From Isurus oxyrinchus (lineage: Eukaryota), in assembly GCA_026770705.1 (NCBI GenBank), contig JANJGN010000012.1, positions 45,818,001-45,882,000 of the forward strand: a stretch of DNA of 64,000 nt. The letters are read 5' to 3'. This document shows positions 49,301 through 62,700 of this stretch, one piece after another. Position 1 is the stretch's first letter; the number at the start of each line of letters is the position of its first letter. The notes below the pieces were generated by a model that was given only the letters and a program-made list of their open reading frames with translations, ran no database searches and had not been told where the DNA came from. The translations under genes were made by a program, and so were the position numbers.

Positions 49301-52300
49301 AGGCATGGGCGGCCGGCCTTGGAATGACTGGGAAACAGGCCGCCACCTGCGATCGGCCCCCCGACTGTGATTTCATGCTGGCTGGCCAATTAATGGGCAG
49401 TCAGCATGAAAGGTGTGCTGAAATGCTCAGCGCTGCCTGGGTGGAGGGGGGAGGAGGGTGAGCACTGAAGTCAGCGTGGGCACGGGGGTGCGTTCACGGA
49501 AAGCTCCCTGAAGGCAGAGAGCTGCCTCAGCGAACTGAAGAATCCAAAAGCCATAAATAAAGATTTTAAAATGCTGAAAAAAATGTCCATGCATCAGAAT
49601 GAGTCATCTAAATATATGGATGCTGAAAATTCTGTCCAAACATATTTATATTTTTTAAAATTAATCTCAGAAACCTCATCCCGCCTGGCTGATTCACTGC
49701 CCACCAACCGGAACGTTGGGTGGGCGATGAAAAATCCCCGGTAATTGCAACATTAATGGCCTTTACTGGCATTTTGATTGTTGGTGGGCATGCACATTAT
49801 ATTCCATCTGCCAATTTTTTCCTCACTCAGTTAATTTATCTATATTCCCCTGCACAGTCCTTATTTCCACCTAAACAACTTACTCTCTGACCTACCTTTG
49901 AGTAATCAGCAAATTTAGCAACCATACACTTGATCCCTTCATCCAAGTCATTCATATAGATTGTAGAAAGGAAGGAGACAGAAAACAGGAAACAGGCCAG
50001 TTAGCCTAACATTTGTCATAGGGAAAATGCTCAAACCTATTATTAAGGAGGTTATAGCAGGTCATTTAAAAAATCTCAATGCGATCTAGCAGAGTCAACA
50101 TAGTTCTGTGAAAGGGCAATAATGTTTGACTAATTTATTACAGTTCTTTGAGGAAGTAACAAGCAATGTGGATAAAGGGGAAATTGTCGATGTGCTATGC
50201 TGGAATTCCAAATGGTATTTGATAAGATGCCATATCAAAGATAATTGCACAAAATAAGAGCTCACGGTATAGGGGGTGACATATTAGCATGGATAAAGGA
50301 TTGGTTAGCTAACAGAAAGCAAATAGTAAGGTTAAATGGGTCATTTTTGGATTGGCAGGCTGTAACTAATTAAGTGCCACTGGAATCAGTGTTGGGGCCC
50401 CAACTATTTACAATCCATCAATGATTAGGATGAAGTTACTGAAACAAAAGTCTGTGGTTGGTATCTGCTGTCTTCAATAGTTGGGTGTCTTAATGGTGTT
50501 GCAACTCTGGCTGGACATATTCTAGGAGATGTCATCACATGACCACCTACCTACAACTGCTCCTTCCCCTGGTCACCCAACATGTCAATCATTGTGGAGC
50601 CCAGCCTTCTCAAGTCTTTTCAATGTATCCCGGTTTTGACTTTTGTCTCAGTCTGACTGTTGCAGACTCAAACTGACCTCGGTCTACTGTGGAGAGGCAA
50701 AAGCTGACCTCTGACCCCTCTGAATCAAGCAATGGCTCATCAAGTGCCAATCAAAACTAATACCTTGAATGAGAAACTGCTTTCCTTGGCTTGGAGGCTA
50801 TTGCTAAACCTGGGTCACAGTAGGACGCATATTACCCACATTGTGCCAGGATTTAGTTCCTTTTAATTTTGAGTAAAGGACAAAGTATTGGAGGAAAAAG
50901 CCTGAACGAAAGCAAGGTGCACAATGGGAAGGGAATCACCAGTCAGTCCCTGTTTGCCTAGCTCAAAGCAAACATTTTTTTCATAAAATGAAACATTTTG
51001 AGAAACTTTAGTGAAAGTCAAGACATTGCAAATGTTGAAAAGAGTACCATGGGGAGAAAAAGATAAGGTAACTTTAAAAAAATGTAGCTTGGGTTTAAAA
51101 CAATTGGATTATAGGAGAAAGGAGTGATTCAGGAGTTTCACATCTCTGAGATTCTGAAAAAACAATTAAAATGAGGGATATTGTGATGCATCTTGATTGT
51201 AACACGGTGACAATGCAGGAAGGATGATGGGAATGTTGGATACACAATTTGAACAATAGGATGAATAAGAGAGGGACGTTTAAATAGCAACAAAAGTGAT
51301 AAAATAGATAGAAATAATGTTTCTGAGTAGAAAATTGAAAAGGAACTCTGGGTGTAGTTCTAATGCCAATATCCACCTTGCCTGAATAAAATGCGTGCAT
51401 GACAGCTCGAGAATCCTGGCCTGCTTGGGAATAAAACCAGTTTATCTGGCAGTGGACTAGAGTATTTTTGTTCACAGTGAACAATTAACTTATTTTTGCA
51501 TTTATTTCCCCTAGGCCTGGTGTGGGTTTGCAGTGTAATTAAATTTGGTGAAAGCATGTGGCGGGGGTGGGGTGAGGTGTGGCGGGGGGAGGGAGGGGGG
51601 GTGGAAGTGGAGGATATGGAGTGGTGGATCTTGGTGATAACAGGAGCATTAGGATCTGCTGAGGTGCTGTTGTGGCCATCTCCATGAAACCCAGGGTGTT
51701 AAAAGGAATTGGGACCAGGGTTATGGGGATGACCTTATCTGTTGGAGCCTGGCCTCCTGAAACCCCAACATAATGTATGCTGTCAGTGTACTGGGGTGAA
51801 CCACAAGAGTGTTCCAGACCATCTTAATTGCATGGATCACTCTGATTTAGTGACCTCAAAGAGATGGGAGCCCTTATAACAAGAGGGCTGATTTTAAAAT
51901 CTTCTGATCTTTTCATACACAGTCCTACATGTTTCAGCTTGATGAACCTGACAAATGCTATATTTTGCTCTCCTGCTCTCTAGGGCTTGTCCAAGAGGAC
52001 ATTGACCACTGGCTTGGGTGTCAGTGATGTAAATAATCTAACCTCAGGAAGATTTAGAAAAGCAGATGTCTGCTTCTATTGATACTGTTGCCAGGTGGCC
52101 TTATTATGAACGTTTGGCTGAGCTCCAAGAATAACAAATGTACTCAGCCCAACAGCTAGTGTTTATATGCCTTGCATGGGAGTGAAAACCTGGCTTACTG
52201 ACATCTTTAACAACTTATAATAAATTTTTAAAAAATGCAGTTTGTGTATTTATTTACACAAGATTAAGCGGACAAAAGCGGGCAAAATTTTTGACATCAA

Positions 52301-54559
52301 TACTATGAATGGCTGTGATTGATTTACAGCTTTATGGGAAGATAACAGGGCCAATTCAAAGGAAATGCTGAACACTTTTTTTGGTTGCTGACTCAAGGCC
52401 AGGGTTTCCCGTGGTTCATGACTCCTCAGAGGTCATGAACCATGTCTACTGACAGAAGGAGTCCGACTACATGAAAATTGCTGGGGGTTGGTTTTGAACT
52501 ATCTGCCCCATAATGGAGCCAGTAAGGGCAAGATTGCTGCATTTAGACTCGCTTATCCACACCCTTATCTCACAGAAACAGGCTGGGAATCCTGAAATCG
52601 GGCCCTGCCCACCATTTTTAAAGGGTTCCTGAGTCAGCTCAACACAGCAGAAATTCACACCATGAGTTCAACTCCCACCTGAGAATTTGAATTCAATTAA
52701 TATTCTAAAAAAACTGGAATAAAAACCTAGTATTGGTAATGGTGACCATGAAACTACTATCTGTTTTATTAATGTCCTTGAGGGAAGAAAATCTGGTGTC
52801 CTTGCCTAACCTGGCCTTCATGTGATTCTAGACCCATAGCAATATGCTTGATTTTTAACTTCCCTCTGAAATGATCTAGCAAGCCACTCCGTTGTATAAG
52901 GGAATAGTTCTCAATGTCGATTGGGGATTAACAATAAAGACTTGCTATTCCAGGGATTCCCACTTGCTGTCAATTTATCAAAAATGCAAGTTATTGTTGT
53001 TATTGAGATATATATCACAAGGTTTTTGTTACTCACATTAAAGAGGTCAAAGCTGCAACCATGGTCCAGGTTGCATTTTAGCATTACTGTCCCAAGGAAA
53101 TCAGTCCAATTTGTGCTTACATTGTTGATTTGTTATCCTATTGGGAGGGCTGTTTGATTATCTAAACTAGATAGGTAGACTTGATTACCCTAATGCTCTT
53201 TTGGACAACCTCCCATCTCACATATGCTGAAATGGTAGCACAAATGGAGGAGGAGTAACGCACAAACACTGGACCCGCTGCTTGAGGCTCTGACAATGCA
53301 GGCCCCTGGCTCGAGGGAGACCAGGTAGATGTTGATCTCCAGGCAGATGACGAGCTCTGGAGAGCCACCTGTAAGGCAGCCAATGCTGGATATACAGTGG
53401 GAGGTGAGTGAAGATCTGGCAGTGCTTCCAGAATGTACGCTGCCCTGGCACAAACAATGGAGGATCCATCCAGGCCATGAGTGCTGCAACCTCCATCTGC
53501 TCTGAACTTATAGCTGACTATGGAAAAGGACAACAAACAATCCTGAGTAAGGATAGTTAACTAAGGGAAAGCCAACATCAATGGGATAAGAACTGATCTG
53601 GGCTGAATAAATTGGAGTCAAAGGTTGGCTGTAAAAATGATAGCTGAACAATGGTCTTCCTTGAAAGAAGAGGTATTTTGGGTGTTTAACAGGTGGATAT
53701 CTATTAACCAAATCAGGCAGCAGAATTGTTTTATTGTTAATCTATAGTTCAGTACAATACCAGTTTCCACTCTTCCCTCTGGATGCTCTCCTTCTCCAGA
53801 AGTAGCCCCTCACTGTGGAAAAACCCAGCTCTTAAGTACAGGCTTCAATGAGCATCACCTGCTCTCAATTCACTCTGAAGCTTGTCCTGGTTTACTCTTA
53901 AAGGGGCCTGCATTTCTAACATTGTCATCGGGCACAGTCTGTTGTGATATGAATCAAACATAGATAACCAAGTACCAGAAACACAGAGTGCTACTACCAT
54001 TCCTCCAAACATGACAGACCAAGGTGTGGAAGCACTGTCAAGCCTCATGATTATCTGAATTTATGAAGTCAGAAGCTTGAGCTGGGAGGCAACGATAGCA
54101 AGTAAAGATTGTATTGTAATACTTCACTGGAAGGGCGAAAAATCTCCTCTGGAGGAGAAAGGGGGATGTTGTGATATCTGCCTGCATGCATTGTAATTGG
54201 CAGAGCAAAGGTTAACATGGGACTGTAGAGTAGCACTGCCTATGTTATGATGTATAGAGTCACATGGTATACTCTGACTGAACTCTCTAGAAGCAACACT
54301 GTAAGCAGAACAAAAACAGAATTACCTGGAAAAACTCAGCAGGTCTGGCAGCATTGGCGAAGAAGAAAAGAGTTGACGTTTTGAGTCCTCATGACCCTTC
54401 AACTCTGTAAGCAGCCTGCCTGCATGGCAGTAACAGCTCCCTACATGATAGTAACCTTGGAACTGTAAATAGTTAAAGATTGCTAATAAAGAGTTCAAAT
54501 TTAAATAAACAACTCTGTAGGATCTCATCTTTGAGCCACCATCCCGCCACAGCAGAAAG

Positions 54560-55735
54560 AACACATATCACAACACAGTCAATGTATATTCCCTCAAAAG
54601 GGAAAGGTACAGCAAACATATCCAGAGCTCCCTGGATGACAAAAGAGATGGAAATTAAATACAGAAGGAAAAAGTGTGCTTATGACAGATGTCAGGTAGA
54701 AATTACAATTGAGAACCTGGGTGAATAAAGAAGGTTCAGAGGGGAGGTGAAAAATCTAGTAAGAGAAGCAAAGAGAGAGTATGAAAAGAGATTGGCAGCT
54801 AACATAAAAGGAAACCTCCAAGTCTTCTATAGGCATATAAATAGTAAAAAGGTGGTGAAAAGAGGAGTAGGGCTTTTAGGGGCCAAAAATGGCATCTGTC
54901 TTTGCCAAGGAAGGAGATGCTACCCAGGCCATTGTGAAATAGGAGGTAATTCAAACAGTAAAAGGATTTCAAATAGTTAAGGAAGAGGTATTGGATAGGC
55001 TGTCTGTACCTAAAGTGAATAAAGCACTAGGACTGGATGAGATGCATCCAAGGATACTGAGGGAAGTGAGGGTGGAAATTGTAGAGGCACAGGCCACAGT
55101 TTTTCAGTCTTCCTTAGACTTGGCGGTGGTGCCAGAGGATTGGAAAATTGCAGACATTATACCCTTGTTGAAAAAAGGGTGTAATGATAAACTACAGGCC
55201 TGGCAATTTAACTTCAGTGCTGGGGAAACTTCTAGAAACAATAATTCTGGACTAAATTAACAGTCACATGGACAAATTAGGGTTAATTAAAGAAAGCAAA
55301 CATGGATTTATTCAAGGAAAATCACATTCAACTAACTTGCTGGAGTTTTTTGAAGAGATAATAGAGAGGGTTGATGAGGGCAATGCAGTTGACCTGTGAG
55401 CAAAATTATAGCTTATGGGATGAAAGAAGAGGAGCAATGTGGATGCAGAATTTGCTGAGTGACAGGCTGGAAGAAGCTTTGTAGTGGAGTTCCCCAGAGG
55501 TCAGTGTTGGGACCTTTGTTTATCCCAATAAATATTAATGACCTAGACAATGGCGTTATGGGCACAAATCCAAAATTTGCAGATGATATGAAATTTGGAA
55601 GCATTGTGAACTGTGAGGGGAAAAGTGTAGAACTACAAAAGGACATTGACAGTTTGGTGGAATGGGTGGACAAGTGGCAGATGACATTCAATGCGGAGAA
55701 GAGATTCATTTTGGTAGGAAGAACATGGAGCATGT
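54560..55735 (+). mobile_element. Degraded CR1 LINE; smaller CR1 pieces at about 48945-49230, 49810-50430 and 63820-64000
   Basis: EMHPRILREV, VVPEDWKIA, SGVPQRSVLGP, FADD. Confidence 0.85.
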
Positions 55736-55744
55736 TGCACTCTT

Positions 55745-58610
55745 AGGTGCCTCAATACAATGTCATTTACTGCATACATTAAATAACAAACATACAGCTT
55801 GAGGGGTTCCATAAGTTACCAGCTGCTTGGTACACTTTGGCAGAAAAGCCTTAGACAGTGGCCTTTCCCCACTGTGCCCTTGATTGGCTGCCCCAAGCTT
55901 TAGTGAATCCCTTAGAAGGTAGTCCTGGATCTTGGAATGTGCCAGTCTGCAACACTAAGTATTGGACAACTTTTTACACTGGAGGACCAACAGATTTTGG
56001 GAAGACCAAAGAACGTCTTTCACCAAGTTGATGATCCTCCAGCAGCAGTTGATATTTAGCTTGATGTGTGTCCCTGTGAACAGCCTGTAGAGCACAGTGT
56101 CCTGTGTCATGGAGCTGCTCAGGATGAACCTCTACAAAAACACTGCATCTCTTTCCAGACCTTCTTTGCAAAGGCACGTTCCAGAAGGAAGTGTGTGACT
56201 GTCTCTTCCTCCCTGCAGCCACCTCGAGGGTAGCATGTGGTAGCTCAGAGACTTCGGGTGTGTAGGAAGGATCGGAGGGAGTGCCCTCCTCATCACCAGC
56301 CAAGCTAGGTCTTGGTGCTTGTTTGAGAGTTCTGGCAATGAGGCATTCTGCCAAATTACTTTGACAATCTGCTCAAGGAACCATCTAACAGGATCTACCA
56401 CCTCCTTTTCCCATAGGGCCTTGAGGACGTTATGTGCAGACCACTGCCTGATGGACTTGTGGTCAAAGATTTTCTTTGCACAAACTTTTCCATGTCAAAT
56501 ACAAATAAGTCGGTAAGCCATTGCTCCCGGGAGTTTTACTCGTCTTGAAGGACTTGACGGACTTCATCAGCTTGTCCAGAATTAGAGGTTTGTCCAGACT
56601 CTCCCACTTGCCATCATCTAAGCTCCATGTGATAGAAGACAGGAAGGCCTGGGAGACCAGGCTGTCTATGGGTTTCACGTCACACAATCTGGTATAAAAG
56701 GATTTGCTGATTCTCAATATGTCAGACTGCAATGAGCCATCTTCTTCCTTCAGGTTGCTGATCACAGAGCTTTTGGAAGCAGAAATGTGGGCACGATTCA
56801 CCCTGCTCCATTGAGCAGGCTTTGTGACAAAGGATGATCTTGGAGGCCTCCGAGACAAAAAGTGAAGCTTTCTGGCTGATCCCCATCAACTGCAGCAGGA
56901 GCAGTTTTGCACATTTTTCTGAAGTCAGGATATTTCCCCCATCTCTCTCTTACCTTCTGAACACCTTTGAGGATGAAAACTTCTTGATGTTTGCCTTGAT
57001 TGCTTCCCACCAGTGTGATGAGGATTCAAAGAGGAATTTAACAGTTCTCCAGCCTTTGTAATCTCTTTTGAGTTCCTCAAAGTTTTCTGGGGTCAACGAT
57101 ATCACGTTCAGCTTCCATGTCCCCCTGCCACCCCTCTGATCTTCCTGTAAGTGACAATCAGCCAGTAGGAGGCAGTGGCTAGAGAAGAACACCAACTTGA
57201 CATCAGTAGATCTGACCATGAATGCTTGAGATGTAAATAGGATGTCTATCCCGGGCTGGACGGTCCCATCTGGCAGTGACCAGGTATATCTACGCTGTGC
57301 TCCATCTGCAGGGTTGCTGAAGTTGTCATGCAGCTTGGCATCTTTTATCGTTTCCCTCAGGAGTCTGGACATAATGTCCAGATTGCTGTCGGCCCTGCCG
57401 GATCACCCAGCCACATCAATGATGCAGTTGAAGTCACCGCTTAGAACGATTAGTCTGGATGTCACTGACAATAGTGGGAGCTGCTGAAGGATGGAAAGAA
57501 GCCCGCTCTTTAGAGCGGGGACATGCATGTTAATTAATCTCAGGGGAGCATTTTTGTACATCACGTCTGCTACGAGGAGACAACCATCCACCACCTTTTT
57601 AACTTTGCCTCCCCGCAGCACAATACCTAGGCCAAAGGAATGGCAGTCATTTGCCCCTGACCAGATTGATGGCCCATGGGACCACAAGAATAACTGTCAT
57701 CTGTAGCTGCTGAAGAGTGATATCCCACATTCCTGCAGGAACTGAAGGTCAGCTTTGGCGTTGGCCAGCTAACTCAAGGTGGAAATACATCGCAAAGTGG
57801 CTTTAATACTATGCATGAGATCCTGGTTTCCTGGAACTGGGGTGTACTGGTCATGTTGCAGATCCTGGTTTCCCGGAGCTGGGGTTTGCTGGTTAGGTTG
57901 CAGATCCTGGTTTCCCAGAGCTGGGGTGTGCTGGTCAGGTTGCAGATCCTGGTTTCCCGGAGCTGGGGTGTGCTGGTCAGTTTGCAGATCCTGGTTTCCC
58001 GGAGCTGGGGTGTGCTGGTCAGTTTGCAGATCCTGGTTTCCCGGAGCTGGGGTGTGCTGGTCAGTTTGCAGATCCTGGTTTCCCGGAGCTGGGGTGTGCT
58101 GGTCGTGTTGCTGCTCTCTGCGCCCTGCAGCAGGTGTTCCCTGACTCCTTCACTAGGTCCAGTGTTTCTCAGCTGGGGGCCCTCAAACTCTTTTAGCTCA
58201 TCAGTGCTCTGCTGTTTTGTTTGTTGATGAAGGCTTTCTTTCTCTTCTTCATCCAAGGAGGAGCAGCTACTGGTATCTGCTTGTGACATCAGCCACTTGC
58301 TTGGATAGCAGCTTTTCCCTCCTTCTGTGTTTTCCACCTAAGGTTTCTCCTTTTCACCGTATGCCATTCCTCTTCTTGTTTTACTGCTGCCTTCTCTTCC
58401 ATTGAGTCTGCTTTCTCTAGAGGAGGCTGAGGCCTTTGATCAGTTTATGGAGGGTCCTTCACCTTTTACTCACAAGCCTTGCCCCCTTTCCCACTGTCTT
58501 GTGTACCGACAGCTTTGTTGGAGGGTGCGGGTGCGAACCTCCTTAGAGGCAGCTCTGCTTGTTGCTCCTACTTTGATCACTTGAGTGTAGTTAGCACCCC
58601 ATTTTTGGCA
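55745..58610 (-). mobile_element. Tx1/L1-clade non-LTR retrotransposon, internally deleted
   Basis: APE motifs VLSGDFNC, GIDILF, SSHCLL and GTWKLN. RT start KTPGSNGLP. ORF1-like low-complexity region at 57774-58337. Confidence 0.78.
57815..58103. repeat. 42-bp minisatellite, about 7 copies, in ORF1 of the Tx1-like element
   Basis: GCAGATCCTGGTTTCCCGGAGCTGGGGTGTGCTGGTCAGTTT repeated; encodes TSTPQLRETRICKL on the minus strand. Confidence 0.92.
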
Positions 58611-59058
58611 GGCCTTGTTGCCAGATGAAACAGACACAAATACATTTGCATAACATTTGTATAAAATACAGGTCTTGAGGGTTTGTCTGTCCTGGACAGT
58701 CCCTCTCCTTAAAATAGCAGTGCACAGTTCCTGCTGGGACCTCATGTGTTTATCAGTTTCACCCACACGGGGCTGCTGGTTTGGGCTGCATCAAATCACA
58801 TTCACATACTGAAAGCTGATTGGGTGAAGCTGCCACCTCAGTGCAGTTTAGCTTCACCCCAATCCCCTTCAACATTTAAATGAGATGCAATTAGCTCTCA
58901 GTGTTCTGATTCTATGAAAATAGCAGATGCTCAGATATAGAATGTGTTCAGCATTTAGTAGAATATATTTCTTCATAGTCAACTGTTGACTGATAGAAAA
59001 ATATGATAATTGGGTAGGAAGTCAGTATGAGATGCAATTAGCTCTCAATGTTCTGATA

Positions 59059-59437
59059 CTCTTTCGAGCACAAACCCATTTCCATCTGTTTCAGATGAAG
59101 TTACATTGTTTCATAGTTTGCCATTGTGAGATTTGAACTCCCGATCTTGGGGTTACAAACCCAGTACCATAACCACTTGGCTATTTAGGCCAAGCACTCA
59201 ATGTTCTGATACTCTTTCGAGTACAAACCCGTTTCCATCTGTTTCAGATGAAGTTACATTGTTTCACAGTTTTGCCATTGTGAGATTTGAACTCTTGATA
59301 CTCTTTCGAGCACAAACCCGTTTCCATCTGTTCCAGCTGAAGTTACATTGTTTCATAGTTTGCCATTGTGAGATTTGAACTCTTGATCTTAGGGTTACAA
59401 ACCCAGTACCATAACCACTTGGCTATTTAGGCCAAGC
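59059..59437 (-). repeat. Tandem array (full, partial, full) of a roughly 135-nt tRNA-Thr(UGU)-like SINE
   Basis: Minus strand ATAGCCAAGTGGTTATGGTACTGGGTTTGTAACCC...GAGTTCAAATCTC. Target sequence CTCAATGTTCTG recurs at about 59044, 59197 and 59438. Confidence 0.65.
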
Positions 59438-59724
59438 CTCAATGTTCTGCTAGTGGAATGAATTTAGCAGTCTTAATTGTCAGCTGCTGATTGATAGATG
59501 ATTGGTATATGTTAGTCAGGTGGTAGGCAAGTTAGCACACGTGATTAAATTTTCTTCAGCCCCTTTCCTGTACAGCATGTTCATTCACTGTTGTAGCAGT
59601 GGCAATGTCCACATGGCAAGATTGTCTAAGCACTAACTGGGGTTCACCAACACATTGTGTTAGGGCCCACTGCAGGTGTCACACAGTAAATGTCCTTTAG
59701 TGCGGAGCTTGTTGTATAGACATT

Positions 59725-62700
59725 GGGTGGAATTTTCTGTGCTCAGTGCGTGTTCAGTGGCGTGAGCGGGCAATATGGGGAGAAGGCCAAAAATTGATTT
59801 CACAACATTGTGAAACCAGTTTGCAATTATCAGCTCAGCCCATCAATTCTGGGCCGTGTTTTCCGCCAATTGATGTTGGGAAAATCTCATTGTAATACAT
59901 CTGCATATCATTATAAGGCCAGCCTGCAAGAATCAACCCCCAGGCTGGATTGCCCGCCAATGTCAGTGGGAAACACGCAGGTGCAGAACACTTCTTGACA
60001 AGTGTGACGTGCAGAAGTCGGGACTTACCGCCAATTCTTGCTCACATTGCTGACATTTGAAGAGCAGAAGATGCTGGAGCCTGACAGCAACTTGGAATGC
60101 TGGGTGGATTTTCATGGACATGGCTCCGCCGTGAAGCAATTCACGGAAGGTGGGAAGACACCGTTGAGGGTCTGCTCACAACGGATGATCATCGAGGGGA
60201 TGGAGAGGAAGGACCGGCTGTGTTTAGGAGACGAAGATGTACCGGGGGCTGGGAGAGGAAAGTTTAGGATCGACTAGGAGAGGAAGGTATGTCAGGTGGA
60301 GGGTGAGGTTAGAAGTGGGGAGAACAAGGGTGTCAGGAGTGTGAGGTTGGGGGATACAAAGATATCAGGGAGGTTGAAGTTGTGGGGGGAATGAAGTTGT
60401 CAGGGGTGTGAGGTTGGGAGTAGGCAAAGGTATAGAGGAGGGTGAGGTTGGGAGGGGGGAGGGAGTACAAGGAGAGGAGGAGGAATCAAGGGAGAAGACA
60501 GCAACTGGAGGCGTAGGTGTAAGGGAAGGGGATTGGAGGGGGGAAGGAGTCCAGAGAGGGGAGGGAGTCCAGGGGAAGGAATAAGGGTGGTGGAATGAGT
60601 AAAGGTGGAGGAAGGAGTCAGGAAGGGGGAAGCTCTAAGACAGGAGGGGGAGTCTGGGGGTTGGCAGGGTCGGGTGTGAGTCCGGAGTGGGAGGGGGGAG
60701 TCTGGGGTTGGGGGAGGGAGTTCCAAGAGGAGAAGGAGCTCCAAGGGGGTAAGGACTCTGGAGGAGGGGGGATGTCCAGGTGAACATGCAAGGGAGGACT
60801 GTTGAGTCCATGACTGCCTCCTGAGAAGCCAACTGAGGGTGGGCATGGAATGGGAGAATAGTGAGAATGACTGAGGGCAGGGTGAGGCGGTAGGTGGGAG
60901 CATTAGAGTGAGACAGTATCGGTAGAAGGGGTGGTGAGGGTGGTTGGTGGGGACTTAGAGGCAGACACAGCCCCTGGAGATGGGAAGGAGGAGGTCAGGG
61001 ATGTTAATGCGGATGGGGGTGGGATTTGCGGGAAGGAAGGGAACCTGCATGTTCACCTGGACATTCCCGAAAGAAAAAGCTTGTGGCTGGTAGGTAATGG
61101 AGGAGAGATACATGGTGATGCCAGGGGAGTTCGACAGTGACTGGGGAAAGGAAATGGGTGACTGGGAGAGGGGAAAGGATGGAAGAGCGCAAAAACTACT
61201 GTTGCACTACCATGCTAGCTAAATCGAAAGTGAAACGAGAATCGTGGTGGGTGAGAGCAGGTGCTGCATGGGATTGTGATCAGTGGCTGGGCGGAAAGGG
61301 AACCCCAGCAGGCAGCATTGAAGATGCTCAGGGCATTCAGAGGAGTTTAAGGTGGGAAGGATCTGTGTGCATGGGAGAGAGCTTGCACGAGGCTCCAAAA
61401 GGCCCTGCCACACACACACTTCTACCTCCAGAATTACTTCTGTGTGTAGCTGAGCTGCTAGCTGGGGGATGGGGGTGCAGTGGGAGGACTAGCGAAGCCT
61501 CTCAATGAAGCTGAAAGACACCATTACACGTTATTTAGTGAAAGTGAATATATTTTCAGATTGTAAGGTGGAAAAATGTGTTCACTGTGCAACCAACAGT
61601 GATCAGGACTTCTTAATTTTTGAACGCCCTAGACTTCCAGATGTTGCCCTGACACCTACAGCAGGGGCGGAGAGAGCCTGTGCAAATGTTGGCCATATTA
61701 CCTCTGATGTTTTCGGCGTGGGTCTTCTGGAGAGCTGATGCCTTGGGGGCCCCGGCTTGTTTTGGCTGCCCTTCTGTGGGCCAGCTGGTCCCTCTTCGGT
61801 GACAGAGGACAAGGTTGAGGGGGTCATAGACAAAGGGGACTCGGAGGGAGAGGGCAGCCTCTGATATTCCTGAGCGGATAAGCCAGAGTTGTCCAGCTGC
61901 CGCTCCTCCTCCCTTTGGGTGCCTGATGGCCTCAGCCTGACTGTTGAGGGGAAGGAGCACTTGGAAGGACATCGAGGTGCCCCATTTCCCTCTCACATTG
62001 CCACAGCAGGAACTCATCCATGGCTATTGTGATGGAGTGCAGGTGTGCACACATCCCTGCATTCTGCTGGACCAGGGTCTCCATGGTGCCTGCCACCCTC
62101 CCCATGGAGACCTCCATACGCACACATGTGGGCACCACTTCATCAGAGAGCAGGCAGACGCACTCCTCCGAATTGCTTGCCATTATTTTGAGGGCTTCCA
62201 ACAACTCTGTATGATGTTCACTCCAATACTGCTGATTATACAGGATGCGTTGGATAGCCGAATCCAGAGGCTCATCATCTGACCCGGACCTTTCAGATGC
62301 CTTTTCCCAAGCAATCCTTTGAGCACCAGGGAGTTTGGCTGAAACAGCTTCCTCCTGCTGTGGACATGTCTATGTGGTAACCATCAAATTGTGAACCCAA
62401 ACCTGCTCTAGATCTAGGTCCCATCGAGGTATGTATCTCCGCGCTCATGAAGGGTATGGGTAAGCACCGTGATGGGTCCCCCAGGCTGCTTATTTCCAGC
62501 TCTTCAATGGAGGAGGTGTCTTCTTGTCTGAAGGTGAGGCCCTGGATGGAGTTGAGGGACTGGCTGGCTGAAGGTGTCAGTCACTTGGCAGATCTCCCTG
62601 TGAACCAAAGTAGGGATGATTAGTGCATGTCAGCAGAATCAGGGGCAGGACAGAGAGCATTCGCAGTTGTGTTGAGGGAGCAATGATGTGGTGCAGGACC

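Noticed and set aside
50430-54060. Possible host gene or transposase exons (ORFs around 53162-53536)
   Set aside because: No recognisable motif or coherent exon chain, and frames contain stops; left unannotated.
46014-58600. Kde/RS-like deleting RSS downstream of C
   Set aside because: The heptamers I checked (about 51473 and 53811) have no nonamer at 12 or 23 bp. The search was by eye and not exhaustive.
58644-58651. Perfect octamer ATTTGCAT beside the conserved block
   Set aside because: The paralogous position near 41560 reads ATTTGTGT and it is far from any leader; probably chance.
59110-59195. Bona fide tRNA genes here and at 20790 and 44652
   Set aside because: Stems are imperfect, and the heads run into SINE bodies, with target duplications visible at two of the three sites.
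60400-60903. 167-aa Pro/Leu/Ser-rich ORF
   Set aside because: By-product of a G-rich low-complexity tract inside the Harbinger-like element.
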